A stretch of DNA of 49,847 nt from Fidelibacterota bacterium (GCA_013203115.1 JABMQW010000087.1:1-49847); one strand, 5' to 3'. Positions 29,054 through 38,993 are shown, counted from the first letter of the stretch. Translations and numbers: made by a program. Notes: generated by a model not told the origin, from the sequence alone.

Positions 29054-31827
29054 GAAACCGATTTATTGTCGCTGCAATAATCCTGTCGGCTGCCTGCGGA
29101 CAGATCGGGACAATTACCGGTAAAATCACCAATAAAGCCAATAACGAACCGTTGGTCGGTGTCAATGTTATTGTCAAGGGCACCTATTACGGTGCTGCTA
29201 CCGGCCTGGATGGCTTTTATACGATCACCAGAGTAGCTGCCGGCACATTTAACGTCGAAGCCTCAATAATCGGTTATAAAATATTACTGCAGACCGGAAT
29301 CGAAGTGACTGCTGCCAACCGGACCAGGCTTGACTTTGAAATGGAGGAAACAGTTCTGACCCTGGGGGAGGAAATCGTCGTTCTTGGTAAAAAGCCCCTT
29401 TTTGATCCGGATGCTACATCTTCAATGGTCATTATCCGCAGTGAAGATATCGCCAATAAAGTCGTCTCCGGTGTCGAGGATATTTTAGCCGAACAGATCG
29501 GTGTCACCAAACAGGATAATGAAATTCATATCCGTGGTGGCCGCGTTGACGAAAGCCTCTTTATTGTGGATGGTTTTTCGGTAAAAGATCCCCTTTCCGG
29601 CTATTCCGGTAATCTTTTTATTAATGCGGAAGCAATCGAAGTATTGGAAATTGTAACCGGTGGTTACAGCGCCGAGTACGGACAGGCCATGTCCGGTGTC
29701 GTTAATATAAAATTGAAAGAAGGCCGCGATAAATTTGAGGGTGCGGTCAAATACGCCAGTGATAATTTCGGTTTGAACCAGGATGCCATAACCCATTACA
29801 ATACCGACCGATTTGAATTTAATTTAGGTGGTCCATCGCTGCTCCTTGAAAAACTGCCACCTTTGCTGGGACTGGACCTGCCGGGCAAGTTTTCCTTCTT
29901 CATTAATGGCTACAGTAAAATCTGGGATAGCAATTTGCCTGTTGCCGATAAAATATTCCCGCACCGCAACTGGTCCGCCCCGGCTGGAATTTCTGAAGAA
30001 ACAGCCGATAAACTGATGCAGAAACTGGCTCCCCGGGAAAACAATGACTGGCACCTGCTATATAAACTGACCTGGGATATAGACGCCCAGAAGAAACTGG
30101 GCTGGTCTTATGATATTTCCATGAATATTAACCAGGGCTTTTTTATGTCCCGGGCCTTTTCCAATACTTATTTCCCTTATCGCTACCAGGAAATCCTGGA
30201 TTATTATAATACGATTACCCGGGAAACCAGGCTTATGAATCTGAATTTCACCCATACTCTGAATACCCGTTCATTTTATACCTGGACCCTGGGCCGGTTT
30301 ATTACCATGGAACATAGCGCCGTTCGCGATCTGCACTGGACCGAGTACAGCGAGCGACTTGACCTGAAGCCGATTAATTATATACTTCTGGATCAGGAGG
30401 GCAATACCCGCGTTACTTACGGTGATGAATTTTATGATACCGGTTTCGCCCCCGAATGGTATGATGTTTTCAGTGATAACTGGCGTTTTGATTTGGATTG
30501 GACTTACCAGACTCAGAAGCGGCATAAAATCAAGGCCGGGCTGGAGAATAGTATTACCGAAATGCAGGTCCTTGATATCGAAGATCCCTGGACCGGCACC
30601 ACCGGTTTAGGCGCTAATTTTGATATGTATAAAGCCCAGACTATGTACGGTGCGCTCTACCTTCAGGACCGGATTACCTTCGAAGGTATGACTCTAAACA
30701 TTGGATTGCGTTATGATTACTGGTTCCCGGGGAAATATGTTGAGAATGCAATAAATGACCTCGATGCAGTTATAATCACCGATGAAGCGCGGCAGAAGTT
30801 CAAGGATGAAACCTTCGAATTTATGGGCTATCGCGGCAAAGGTCGGATCAGTCCCCGTTTCGGTATATCCCATCCGGTTACCAATACCGATGTACTATAT
30901 TTCTATTATGGACATTTTTCTCAGTTACCCACCTTCCAGTACGTATATGCCAAACTGGATGCTTCATCCCAGTCGACATACCAGGTCTTTGGAAATCCGA
31001 ACCTGAATCCCAAGACCACTGTTCAATATGAAATCGGCCTCAAACACAGTTTCAGCGAGGACCAGGTACTGGAGCTAAAGGCTTACTGGAAGGATATGTT
31101 TGATTATGAAACATCTCAGACAATAACCCCCTCCAATCCCAAATATGCTTACCTGCGTTTCAACATGTATTTCAATGCCGACTATGCTCGGTCCCGCGGA
31201 CTTGAATTCATTCTCAAAAGCCGCATCTTTACCAACCTATACGCCGATATCAATTTCAATTATTCAATCATTACCGGAAAAAGTTCATCGCCGTTGGACA
31301 ATCTATTGGTTCAAGCCGGTGAATTACGTGAAAAACCGCTGGGCGAAAATTTTATGAGCTGGGACCGGCCGATCCAGTTTTTCACTAATATTTCCTATAA
31401 TCATCCCAGCAATTGGGGGGCTTCCGTCCGGCTGGATTATCGCAGTGGCCGTCGCTATACGGTCTCGATTCCCGGAACAAAGGAATTTCCTGATGGATTC
31501 CGCGAAGAAGGTGGTATAGTTTATTATGTCGGCACTAGAGATGATGATCGGCCTTTCAGTCAACTGGCCACAGTATCTGAAAAAACGATCGATATAAAAT
31601 TGTTTAAATCTTTTAAAATGAACAAAATGCGGATGAAGCTATATCTGGAGGTAGAAAACCTGCTTGATCTAAAGATTCCACGTCGCATCAACCCCTTTAC
31701 CGGGGAAGGCTTCGATCCCGGAGTAATATATGCTTATAGTTTGTTGGACAGCCCCAATCCTAATTATGATCCTTCAAGAATTCGTTCGCCCCGCTCCTCC
31801 ACCATGGGCATTCAGGTAATATTCTGA
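29050..31827 (+). CDS. TonB-dependent receptor with N-terminal carboxypeptidase-regulatory-like domain
   Basis: GTITGKIT...EPLVGVNV; plug IHIRGGRVDE...GGYSAEYGQAMSGVVNI; barrel motifs GLRYDY, ISPRFGISHP and GNPNLNPKTTVQYEIG; C-terminal Phe. GTG overlaps the upstream TGA. Confidence 0.92.
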   Translation: MRNRFIVAAIILSAACGQIGTITGKITNKANNEPLVGVNVIVKGTYYGAATGLDGFYTITRVAAGTFNVEASIIGYKILLQTGIEVTAANRTRLDFEMEETVLTLGEEIVVLGKKPLFDPDATSSMVIIRSEDIANKVVSGVEDILAEQIGVTKQDNEIHIRGGRVDESLFIVDGFSVKDPLSGYSGNLFINAEAIEVLEIVTGGYSAEYGQAMSGVVNIKLKEGRDKFEGAVKYASDNFGLNQDAITHYNTDRFEFNLGGPSLLLEKLPPLLGLDLPGKFSFFINGYSKIWDSNLPVADKIFPHRNWSAPAGISEETADKLMQKLAPRENNDWHLLYKLTWDIDAQKKLGWSYDISMNINQGFFMSRAFSNTYFPYRYQEILDYYNTITRETRLMNLNFTHTLNTRSFYTWTLGRFITMEHSAVRDLHWTEYSERLDLKPINYILLDQEGNTRVTYGDEFYDTGFAPEWYDVFSDNWRFDLDWTYQTQKRHKIKAGLENSITEMQVLDIEDPWTGTTGLGANFDMYKAQTMYGALYLQDRITFEGMTLNIGLRYDYWFPGKYVENAINDLDAVIITDEARQKFKDETFEFMGYRGKGRISPRFGISHPVTNTDVLYFYYGHFSQLPTFQYVYAKLDASSQSTYQVFGNPNLNPKTTVQYEIGLKHSFSEDQVLELKAYWKDMFDYETSQTITPSNPKYAYLRFNMYFNADYARSRGLEFILKSRIFTNLYADINFNYSIITGKSSSPLDNLLVQAGELREKPLGENFMSWDRPIQFFTNISYNHPSNWGASVRLDYRSGRRYTVSIPGTKEFPDGFREEGGIVYYVGTRDDDRPFSQLATVSEKTIDIKLFKSFKMNKMRMKLYLEVENLLDLKIPRRINPFTGEGFDPGVIYAYSLLDSPNPNYDPSRIRSPRSSTMGIQVIF

Positions 31828-32831
31828 TGAAATCAAAGATTTCAATATTTCTACTTTTAACGCTGACCATTGCCAGTGGCCAAAATCTCTTTCCCATTCT
31901 CGGTGGTCAGCGGGTGGGCACCTCCGTATTTACATTCCTGAAAATTGGTGTCAGCGCCCGGGCCGCCGGTATGAGCGAAGCGGTGGTTGCCCTGAACCAG
32001 GATGCCGCCTCCATTTACTATAATCCCGGCTCAGTTGCCCAGTTTAGCGGGACTGAAATTTCCGCTTCCCGGATTCAATGGCCAGCGGATATTAATTATG
32101 ATTTCATCAGTTTTACCCACCACTTATTTCAAAGACATTATATCGGTCTCAGTGCCGGTATCCTGCATATGGAGCCCATGCCGGAAACCACGGTATACAT
32201 GCCTCACGGTACTGGTAATTATTTTATATTCCAGAACCGGTTTGTCGGTCTCACCTACGGCGCCCGCATGACGGACAGGTTTAGTTTCGGCGTTACCTTT
32301 AAGCATGTCCAGGAAAACCTGGCCGGTTCAAAAATGAATGGCATGCTGATTGATATGGGAACATTTTACTGGACTGGTTTTCGCACGCTCAGGTTCTCGG
32401 CTGCTCTCTCCAATTTTGGTTCCCAGGCCCGGCCTGACGGTTATTTCAGTAAACAGTATATCGACCATAGCTCAGGCGAAGAAGCCATCAACGATTCTGC
32501 ATCATTTACCCAATTTTCGCCGCCGACGGTATTCAGAGTTGGATCGGCTATGAATATAATTGATAATGAATTCCAGGTTATGACGGTAGCTTTGCAATTG
32601 AATCATCCGGTTGATAATTCTGAATCGATTGTACTGGGAACAGAATATATTCTTTTAAAGACGCTTAGTCTGCGAGCCGGCTATAAATTCAACCGGGTCG
32701 AAGAAGATTTCTCATTGGGGGCTGGGTTATATATCCCCTTGGGCGGTCTGAAATTGCGGGTAGATTACGCTTATACAAACTTTACTTACTTAACAGACCC
32801 ATCCCGGCTAACGATCGGATTGTCATTCTAG
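31827..32831 (+). CDS. PorV/PorQ-family (UPF0164, FadL-like) outer-membrane beta-barrel
   Basis: FLKIGVSARAAGMSEA...DAASIYYNPG is the family signature; ends RVDYAY...RLTIGLSF. ATG overlaps the upstream TGA. Confidence 0.88.
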   Translation: MKSKISIFLLLTLTIASGQNLFPILGGQRVGTSVFTFLKIGVSARAAGMSEAVVALNQDAASIYYNPGSVAQFSGTEISASRIQWPADINYDFISFTHHLFQRHYIGLSAGILHMEPMPETTVYMPHGTGNYFIFQNRFVGLTYGARMTDRFSFGVTFKHVQENLAGSKMNGMLIDMGTFYWTGFRTLRFSAALSNFGSQARPDGYFSKQYIDHSSGEEAINDSASFTQFSPPTVFRVGSAMNIIDNEFQVMTVALQLNHPVDNSESIVLGTEYILLKTLSLRAGYKFNRVEEDFSLGAGLYIPLGGLKLRVDYAYTNFTYLTDPSRLTIGLSF

Positions 32832-34210
32832 TGTTAAATAAATTATCTCATGAAACCAGTGTTATTCAGCCTCTATTTACATGGTTCATGGTAATCATTT
32901 TTCTGACCGGTTGCGTAGAAAAAATGATTCTGCCAGAGGATCTGCTTGAGGATTCGGGGACCGCCACTGTTCCTTCCACCAATGATACCACCTATTTGCA
33001 GGTTAACCCGGTCTGGGATGCTGTAATTGGTTTTATGACGCCCATGGATTTATCAATTGCCCGGGACGGTCATATTTTTATCGCTGATTCGGCAGCAAAC
33101 AGCATTTTCGTTCTGGATCAGGGTGGCGTCAGGGTGGAAGGTTTCGATATTTTCATTAACCTCCAAGATTCTGATGGCCTTCCAATTAGTCCGATTGATG
33201 TCGATGTGGACTCAAAGATGAACGCTTTTTTTATCGATGGCAGTAACCGGATTTTCCGCTGGAACCTGTATTGGAACTCTACAGGTATTGATTCTGTTCT
33301 CACATCGGCGGTGTTCAAGGATACCCTCACCGGCGACACCATAACCACAGAATATGGCACCCTGGCGTGGTTTGAACAGCTCAACTTTCAGGATATGACA
33401 ATCGTGGAATACCACTGGACCGCCGACCTCGCATTGCTGGACAGCTATTTGAAACCACATCTATTCTATGATGGGGCCAATGATCCTGATTATGAGTCGT
33501 CCTGGTTCTCGGCAATCACGACTGTTGAAGATACCAGGAATCATTTATTTGTCACCGACTACGCCAACGACCGGATTCTAGAAATCTATTATGCCCGGAA
33601 TAACTTTATTAAACTCTCATCCGGTGAATACGTCTGGTCTCACTTCGGTGTTAAAATTAGTGAACCTGAGGATTACGGTACCGGCTCAGGGACTGTCAAC
33701 AAACCACTTGGCCTGGACGTGGATTATGAAAATAATCTTTATTACTGCCAGACTGGTGAAGTTTTTTTGGTGCATAAAATATATCCGGATTTTTCAAAAG
33801 GTTATTTGGACTACTTATCCGCTTTCCAGCTCTTCAAGCATGATATTATGGATTTAGGCCGCTTCAGCGCCCCCCGGGATGTGGCCGTAGACGATAATCA
33901 GATGATCTATGTTTCAAACAGTGGCGCCCGGGAAATCCAGGTTTTTAATTCTGATGGCAGTTTTTTCAAAAAAGCCGGTATCCTAGAATACCGAGTGGAT
34001 CGAGAACTTGGCTATCCCACCGATTCGTTAGCCGTTGTGGTCGATTCAACGGAATATTTTTATCTGGTGGAGGAACCAGGATTACTCCTGAATCCAGCCG
34101 GAATCACGGTTGATGACCGGGGCGTCATCTACGTCTGCGATCCGGATCAGTCCAGCATATTCCGTTTCCGTTTGTCGAATGTATTGGATGAGGATCTCCA
34201 ACCCGAGTGA
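32831..34210 (+). CDS. NHL-repeat (beta-propeller) lipoprotein
   Basis: Lipobox FLTGC; NHL repeats P.DLSI..DGHIFIADS, KPLGLDVD, FSAPRDVAVDDNQMIYVSNSG..EIQVF and NPAGITVDDRGVIYVCD. The start codon is uncertain. Confidence 0.82.
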   Translation: MLNKLSHETSVIQPLFTWFMVIIFLTGCVEKMILPEDLLEDSGTATVPSTNDTTYLQVNPVWDAVIGFMTPMDLSIARDGHIFIADSAANSIFVLDQGGVRVEGFDIFINLQDSDGLPISPIDVDVDSKMNAFFIDGSNRIFRWNLYWNSTGIDSVLTSAVFKDTLTGDTITTEYGTLAWFEQLNFQDMTIVEYHWTADLALLDSYLKPHLFYDGANDPDYESSWFSAITTVEDTRNHLFVTDYANDRILEIYYARNNFIKLSSGEYVWSHFGVKISEPEDYGTGSGTVNKPLGLDVDYENNLYYCQTGEVFLVHKIYPDFSKGYLDYLSAFQLFKHDIMDLGRFSAPRDVAVDDNQMIYVSNSGAREIQVFNSDGSFFKKAGILEYRVDRELGYPTDSLAVVVDSTEYFYLVEEPGLLLNPAGITVDDRGVIYVCDPDQSSIFRFRLSNVLDEDLQPE

Positions 34211-34215
34211 TTCCA

Positions 34216-34355
34216 TCGGGGGGTGTGATCGGTATTGGGATCGGGGGATCGGAGCAGGATTTTCAACCAGAGCAGTTTGAACAGGTATTCAAGAACGACC
34301 GGGATCTGGGTTTCCGACCAGTGCACACGCCGGAAAAGCTTCTGGTGCTGTAGCC
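34216..34355 (+). pseudogene. add: Internal fragment of an adenosine/adenine deaminase gene
   Basis: Not in the ORF track. Translates as SGGVIGIGIGGSEQDFQPEQFEQVFKNDRDLGFR, then after a 1-nt loss near 34318 as SAHAGKASGA. This matches the deaminase segment 'GViGiGlGG.E..fPPe.F..vf..Ar..Gl..taHAGE..G'. Confidence 0.75.
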
Positions 34356-34395
34356 AACGTAGATAGCCTAATTCCAGCCCACCGCTGTGAACCGG

Positions 34396-35691
34396 TTATT
34401 TGAGCAGCGTTATTTTTGCCAGGGATTTGACACCATCGATTGTTAAAGCCACAAAATAAATTCCGGTAGCGTGCTCGTTGCCATTCCATTTATGCCGATA
34501 GTCTCCCCGAATTAAGTGCTTATGAATCAGTTTTTCGATCAGTTTACCCTTAAGATCATAAATTGCCAGATCGATATTTGCGTCGGTTGCGATACTGAAA
34601 TCTATTGAAACAATGGCGTTGAATGGATTTGGATATGGTTTTAGGAGCGTATAATTCGCTGGTTGAAGGATGTCATCCACAGTGACTGATCCGGGTGAAT
34701 AGGTAGCAAAGAATCCGGGAATAGCGCCTACTGTATAATCTTGCAATACTGTTCCTTGGGTGTTGATTACCGTCACTGTATCCGGGGCGGTATAATCTGT
34801 GGTGTGACCGATAAAAATATAATCCTGGTGTACTCCGGCCGAATAAACACCGGCTATATCACCTAATTGTCCGCTGGTATTGATAGCAAGATTGGCATCC
34901 AAAGGTGCTATTCCCCGAAGTACTGTCCGGTAGACATTGCCATTGATATTTACTAATCGGCTTGCCCCAAGATCGGTGGCGTAATCATTAGTGGTGACGG
35001 AACCAGTTGAGTGCTGAATTAAGGAGGTACCTGAATTGGCATTCCAATTGGCATCATAATACTGGCTGGCAATAAAGATGGAATCGCCAATAGCCAATAG
35101 TGCTACCGGTCCGGGTACCACATGGAATGTATCGGCCGCCGCCAACGGATTCATAAGATTATACTTCAGGACCATATCATTATTACTCCAATCCTGATGC
35201 ATGGAGCTGGAAACATACAGATAGCCAGCATGTACCAATATGGCTTCGGTCATAAGCCCGGGAGTTGGAATAGGATCTAATAGAGTATAACTCGAAAGAT
35301 CAATTCGGATGATTCCGCCGGTGTGCCAGTTGGTAAGGTAGCCGACATTATTGTAAGTAGTAAAATACCTTGGACTTGCTCCGGAAACATTGATAGTTGT
35401 AATAAATTCAAAGTTGTTTAACAAATTTACCACTTCGACGGTATGTGAATTGTTCATTATGATGAAAAGGTGGTCATCTGCGATATGTAGTGACTGACCG
35501 GTATCACCGAGAGGGTTGCTGTTTGGATCCCAGTGAACCGGACCCTGAATTGGTCCTAATTGATCGGAAAATTTCCAAAGGGTGGAATTGGGAGTCTGGA
35601 AATTTCCTTCACACAGAACATAAATATCAGTTTGCGTGAATAATAAGTTTATTGTTAGTATGGTTGCTAATACAACGAATTGTTTTTTCAT
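34396..35691 (-). CDS. BtuG-like (DUF5074/YncE-type) beta-propeller with a C-terminal sorting domain; putative cobalamin-binding protein
   Basis: VLCEGNF...NSTL...PLGDTGQSL...IIMNNSHTVEV...SPRY resembles BtuG-type propellers. SPI-type signal with no lipobox Cys; CTD YPNPFN...IYDLKGK...WNG...GIYF...KITLLK. Immediately downstream of the riboswitch-controlled TBDR. Confidence 0.75.
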   Translation of the reverse strand: MKKQFVVLATILTINLLFTQTDIYVLCEGNFQTPNSTLWKFSDQLGPIQGPVHWDPNSNPLGDTGQSLHIADDHLFIIMNNSHTVEVVNLLNNFEFITTINVSGASPRYFTTYNNVGYLTNWHTGGIIRIDLSSYTLLDPIPTPGLMTEAILVHAGYLYVSSSMHQDWSNNDMVLKYNLMNPLAAADTFHVVPGPVALLAIGDSIFIASQYYDANWNANSGTSLIQHSTGSVTTNDYATDLGASRLVNINGNVYRTVLRGIAPLDANLAINTSGQLGDIAGVYSAGVHQDYIFIGHTTDYTAPDTVTVINTQGTVLQDYTVGAIPGFFATYSPGSVTVDDILQPANYTLLKPYPNPFNAIVSIDFSIATDANIDLAIYDLKGKLIEKLIHKHLIRGDYRHKWNGNEHATGIYFVALTIDGVKSLAKITLLK

Positions 35692-35706
35692 TGAATTTTC
35701 TCTCGC

Positions 35707-37743
35707 TTATCGCTCATATGTTACTGTGAGTCGCCAGGTTCGTCCCGGCTCGGGATAGCCCTGTACGGATTCATAAATTTTGTCTGTTAGATTTTCCAAT
35801 CCGATTACTAAGTGCAGTTGGCCTGAAAACACTTGGAATCGATATCCCACACTAATTTGATGCAGTGTCACTCCTGGTAAAGTGATATCTGCGGGCCAAC
35901 TGTAACGCGAAATCATTTCTGATGTATGATGGACTTGCCAATGCAAGGTCCACCACTTAGGTGACCATGTTAAAGCTGCTGCTCCAGTCCGCTGGGGGGT
36001 ATACACCATTTGCTTTTCATAATGGTCGCCGGGCTCCAGATACTTTGCTCTTACTCGGCCCAAGGATAGGAATCCATCGACGGGTATTCTTTCAAACACC
36101 CAGCGCCAAGCTAGGCGCCAGCCGGTGCGGGATACGGATTTGATATTTTTTGGAGACCAGTAGGAGCCCTGGGGAACCCATTGGATCAAATCTTTACTTT
36201 GCTTCGTAAATAATTGCGCATTGAGATGTCCCCAATTGCTCATGGCCAGTACGCAGATCAGTGAATGATTGGTGGTGTGCTCAGCCTTGAGATCAATATT
36301 TCCACCGGGTACCCAGTATAATTCATTGAAGGTTGGATAGCGGATGGAATTTCCAGTGCTAATCGTAGCTGTAAAATAAGTCAGTGATTCAGGTGACCAT
36401 TCTGCGGTTATTTGACTGACAGATTCATCAACTTGCCCGCTGACTGAATAATGTTGCCAATCAGGCTTGATTGAAATTGACTTCAGCGGTTCCCAGGCTA
36501 CCCCCACTGAATTGATCAATGTATTTCGCTTCTGAAAACCGGCGTCCCGGCTGTTTAAATGATTGATGCTGTATTTTAAACTGAAATCAACGGTTAAAGA
36601 TCGGCCAAGATCGGTGGACTGATCATAATTCAGGGTATAAGATTCCAGCGAATGGGTGCTGTTAATATTATAGGTTTCATCATGATAATGATCCTTTGAC
36701 GACCGGCTGGAGATGCGGAAATGTCTTCGACTTTTGGTTGTTATCAATCCGGAAGTAGCACCCCAAAATAGAATATAGTCGTCCCGCCAGGCTGAGGAAG
36801 GAGAATAAACCAGTCCTGCAACACCGCGCTCTTGTTTCGAGTAAAGGGCTAAAAATTTTATAAATAATTGCTCCGAAAGAATCAGACTGCTTTGGGTGGC
36901 GGCATAGTATTGTTTAAAATGATTGTTTTGACGATTAAAAGTATTACCGCGCCAGGTGACCGGGTATTTCCCGGAATCATTTCGATTACCTATTAATAAT
37001 CGACTTGCCCATTTCGCTCCGGCAATTGATGTTGCTATACTGGAAGCATTGTGGCCGTAACTACCGCTCGATAATTGCACTCTATGGCCGGTCGACCACG
37101 GATCTAATAATATTAATCCATCACTCGCTCCGATTTGCGAACCGCTGGCCACCGGGATAAACCGGGCCTGTTCGATAAATGGCAGCGGTAATTGAGAGAT
37201 ATCAGTTTCTCCATTCTGGATATTTGTAATATCAAATCCCTGTATCAGAATTTTCGTGTGGGAGGCTGGACCGCCATCCAGACTGATTGTTTTAATACTG
37301 GCTGGACCGCCATAAGAGCGGAGAGACAAGCCAGGAATCCCCTGCAAAAGCTGATTGTATTCTGTTTCTCCAAGGCTGGCTGGCTTGATTGCCGTGAAAA
37401 ATTCCTGCCGCGAGTTAGGTTTAATTCTACTGCCGAGTTCAGTGATTTGTGGCAAATTTATCGGATTCACAGACAATTGAACTATAAATGATGGTTTTAC
37501 GGGTAGTATTAGTTTTTTAATGCAATAGCCGTACCGGCTGACAGTAATTGTATCTCCGGTATTAAATACTCCTGTAAAAATGAAATAACCGTTTTCGTCA
37601 CTGATAGTCCATTTTCCGGTACTGCTGTGTTGAACAACAGCATAAGCTACCGGACTGCCATCTTTGGAAACAACCGTACCCAGCCATTGTGACTGGGCGG
37701 AAAGGAATCCCCAGAGGATTATTAAAGAAAATACTCTACGCAC
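35707..37743 (-). CDS. btuB: TonB-dependent receptor, probable cobalamin transporter (BtuB-like)
   Basis: Plug 'IPGLSLRSYGGPASIKTISLDG....HTKIL'; RYPTFNELYWVPGGNIDLKAE; ENLTDKIY....GYPEPGR; directly downstream of a cobalamin riboswitch. Confidence 0.85.
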   Translation of the reverse strand: MRRVFSLIILWGFLSAQSQWLGTVVSKDGSPVAYAVVQHSSTGKWTISDENGYFIFTGVFNTGDTITVSRYGYCIKKLILPVKPSFIVQLSVNPINLPQITELGSRIKPNSRQEFFTAIKPASLGETEYNQLLQGIPGLSLRSYGGPASIKTISLDGGPASHTKILIQGFDITNIQNGETDISQLPLPFIEQARFIPVASGSQIGASDGLILLDPWSTGHRVQLSSGSYGHNASSIATSIAGAKWASRLLIGNRNDSGKYPVTWRGNTFNRQNNHFKQYYAATQSSLILSEQLFIKFLALYSKQERGVAGLVYSPSSAWRDDYILFWGATSGLITTKSRRHFRISSRSSKDHYHDETYNINSTHSLESYTLNYDQSTDLGRSLTVDFSLKYSINHLNSRDAGFQKRNTLINSVGVAWEPLKSISIKPDWQHYSVSGQVDESVSQITAEWSPESLTYFTATISTGNSIRYPTFNELYWVPGGNIDLKAEHTTNHSLICVLAMSNWGHLNAQLFTKQSKDLIQWVPQGSYWSPKNIKSVSRTGWRLAWRWVFERIPVDGFLSLGRVRAKYLEPGDHYEKQMVYTPQRTGAAALTWSPKWWTLHWQVHHTSEMISRYSWPADITLPGVTLHQISVGYRFQVFSGQLHLVIGLENLTDKIYESVQGYPEPGRTWRLTVTYER

Positions 37744-37750
37744 GACTAAA

Positions 37751-37766
37751 CCCGATTTTAATCGGG
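37751..37766 (-). promoter_or_regulatory. Hairpin over the translation-initiation region of btuB (possible riboswitch expression platform)
   Basis: Perfect inverted repeat CCCGATT-N2-AATCGGG ending 7 nt before the GTG start at 37743. Confidence 0.45.
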
Positions 37767-37844
37767 ATCAGAAGGCGTGAACGATTTTTTTTGAGCAGAA
37801 TTGTGATGAATCGTATCATGACTTTTAACCCGCAAGCCGGTTGA

Positions 37845-38007
37845 TTGGGACCAGCTGGCAGGTATCCTGACTTGCGCCTCTGTGGTTAACATCTGCCTTC
37901 TCACACCGCTAAATCGGGGCAATGGCCGGTTGGATGCGCCTCCGCGCTTACAGTAGCGGGAACTGTGCCCGATTTTCACGGGCTTCCCTGCCGTAACTGA
38001 TCAATCG
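37845..38007 (-). ncRNA. Cobalamin (B12) riboswitch
   Basis: Minus strand reads AGGGAA-GCCCGTGAAAATCGGGC-ACAGTTCCCGCTACTGTAA...GCCATTG...GAGAAGGC...AAGTCAGGATACCTGCC, all canonical B12-element motifs, upstream of a BtuB-like gene. Confidence 0.93.
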
Positions 38008-38510
38008 AAGTTTTAAATAACGTGCCAAGATTACACAATATGCAACCAATCCGGCAATTTCTATATTGAATTTCAGGTTAATGATTAAATACAGAAGTTT
38101 CCCTAAAGTATCTGTAACTCGTGGTATATAAGTCAATTACAGTAATGATGGCCTGGTGAACCTATTAAGACCAGGAATTTTTTTTAAGAAATAACCTTGT
38201 TATCTTAATTATGACACCGTTTTTCATCCAACTTCGTCCCGATGGATATTGGGGGCTACGATGGACAGGTTCTTTTTAATGGCAATTTCCAGAGTAGTAC
38301 TGAGTAGTATTGAGAATACATATATTTCATGTACGGATTTTTGGGTTGGGTTATTCAAAGGTTCTAAAGACGTCTGATGTATTTTAATTGGAAAAATGGC
38401 GTGAAGAAAACAGCAGATATAACAAGGTTGTTATTAGTGGTATAAATCTACTTTTCAACAATTGGTATTATTTCTTATTTTCTTTATGTATAAACAGACG
38501 GGAGAGACAG

Positions 38511-38990
38511 ATGAGTAAAAAAACACCGCTAGTTATCATTTCGGTGATATTGATGTTATCCTTTTCATTTGCACAAGATCAAGGTACAGCTACTGTATCC
38601 AAGGGCGGTATTAATCCTTGCCTCGCTAGTTGCTGTATTGGTCCAAGGGTTGGGCTAGAAATGAACGAAGGCAAAGAAATCACCACAAGTGAATGGATCG
38701 GTTTTGGAAGCACTTATTTGTGGCCGATTCATCCGACCCTACCAACGATTGGAAAAGCGTATATGGCATATGATATGGGCGGTAAGACTAATAGTATGGA
38801 AGGATTTTTTGCCAGTTTTTGTCTTGGGCCACGTATAGGTAATGAACTTGATCATCGGAAAATAAGAACTATGGAATGGCTTAGATTGGTACCTTGTGTA
38901 AATATTTATCCCGCTATAGCTATTCCTTTGGAAGCCTATAATGGTAAAACAATGACCGAAATTGAGGTCAAAGAGAACCTCCGAAAATAA
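38511..38990 (+). CDS. Exported or membrane hypothetical protein with an internal duplication
   Basis: ATG 38511 after GGAGA; signal peptide ending SFA-Q; repeat CLASCCIGPRVGLEMNEGKEITTSEW versus FFASFCLGPRIGNELDHRKIRTMEW. Confidence 0.7.
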   Translation: MSKKTPLVIISVILMLSFSFAQDQGTATVSKGGINPCLASCCIGPRVGLEMNEGKEITTSEWIGFGSTYLWPIHPTLPTIGKAYMAYDMGGKTNSMEGFFASFCLGPRIGNELDHRKIRTMEWLRLVPCVNIYPAIAIPLEAYNGKTMTEIEVKENLRK

Positions 38991-38993
38991 TAC

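Noticed and set aside
34211-34340. Possible 6S RNA or other ncRNA (TTGAAC...TTCAAG hairpin, GGTGTG/CACAC ends, GATCGG repeats)
   Set aside because: Too short and poorly paired. The sequence is better explained as adenosine deaminase codons; the GATCGG repeats encode GIGIGG.
37758-38136. Minus-strand ORFs of 73 aa and 62 aa
   Set aside because: They are translations through the cobalamin riboswitch and its promoter region.
38152-38185. CCTGGT/ACCAGG hairpin followed by a T-run (orphan terminator of an sRNA?)
   Set aside because: Only a 6-bp stem with a 12-nt loop and no upstream plus-strand gene; insufficient evidence.
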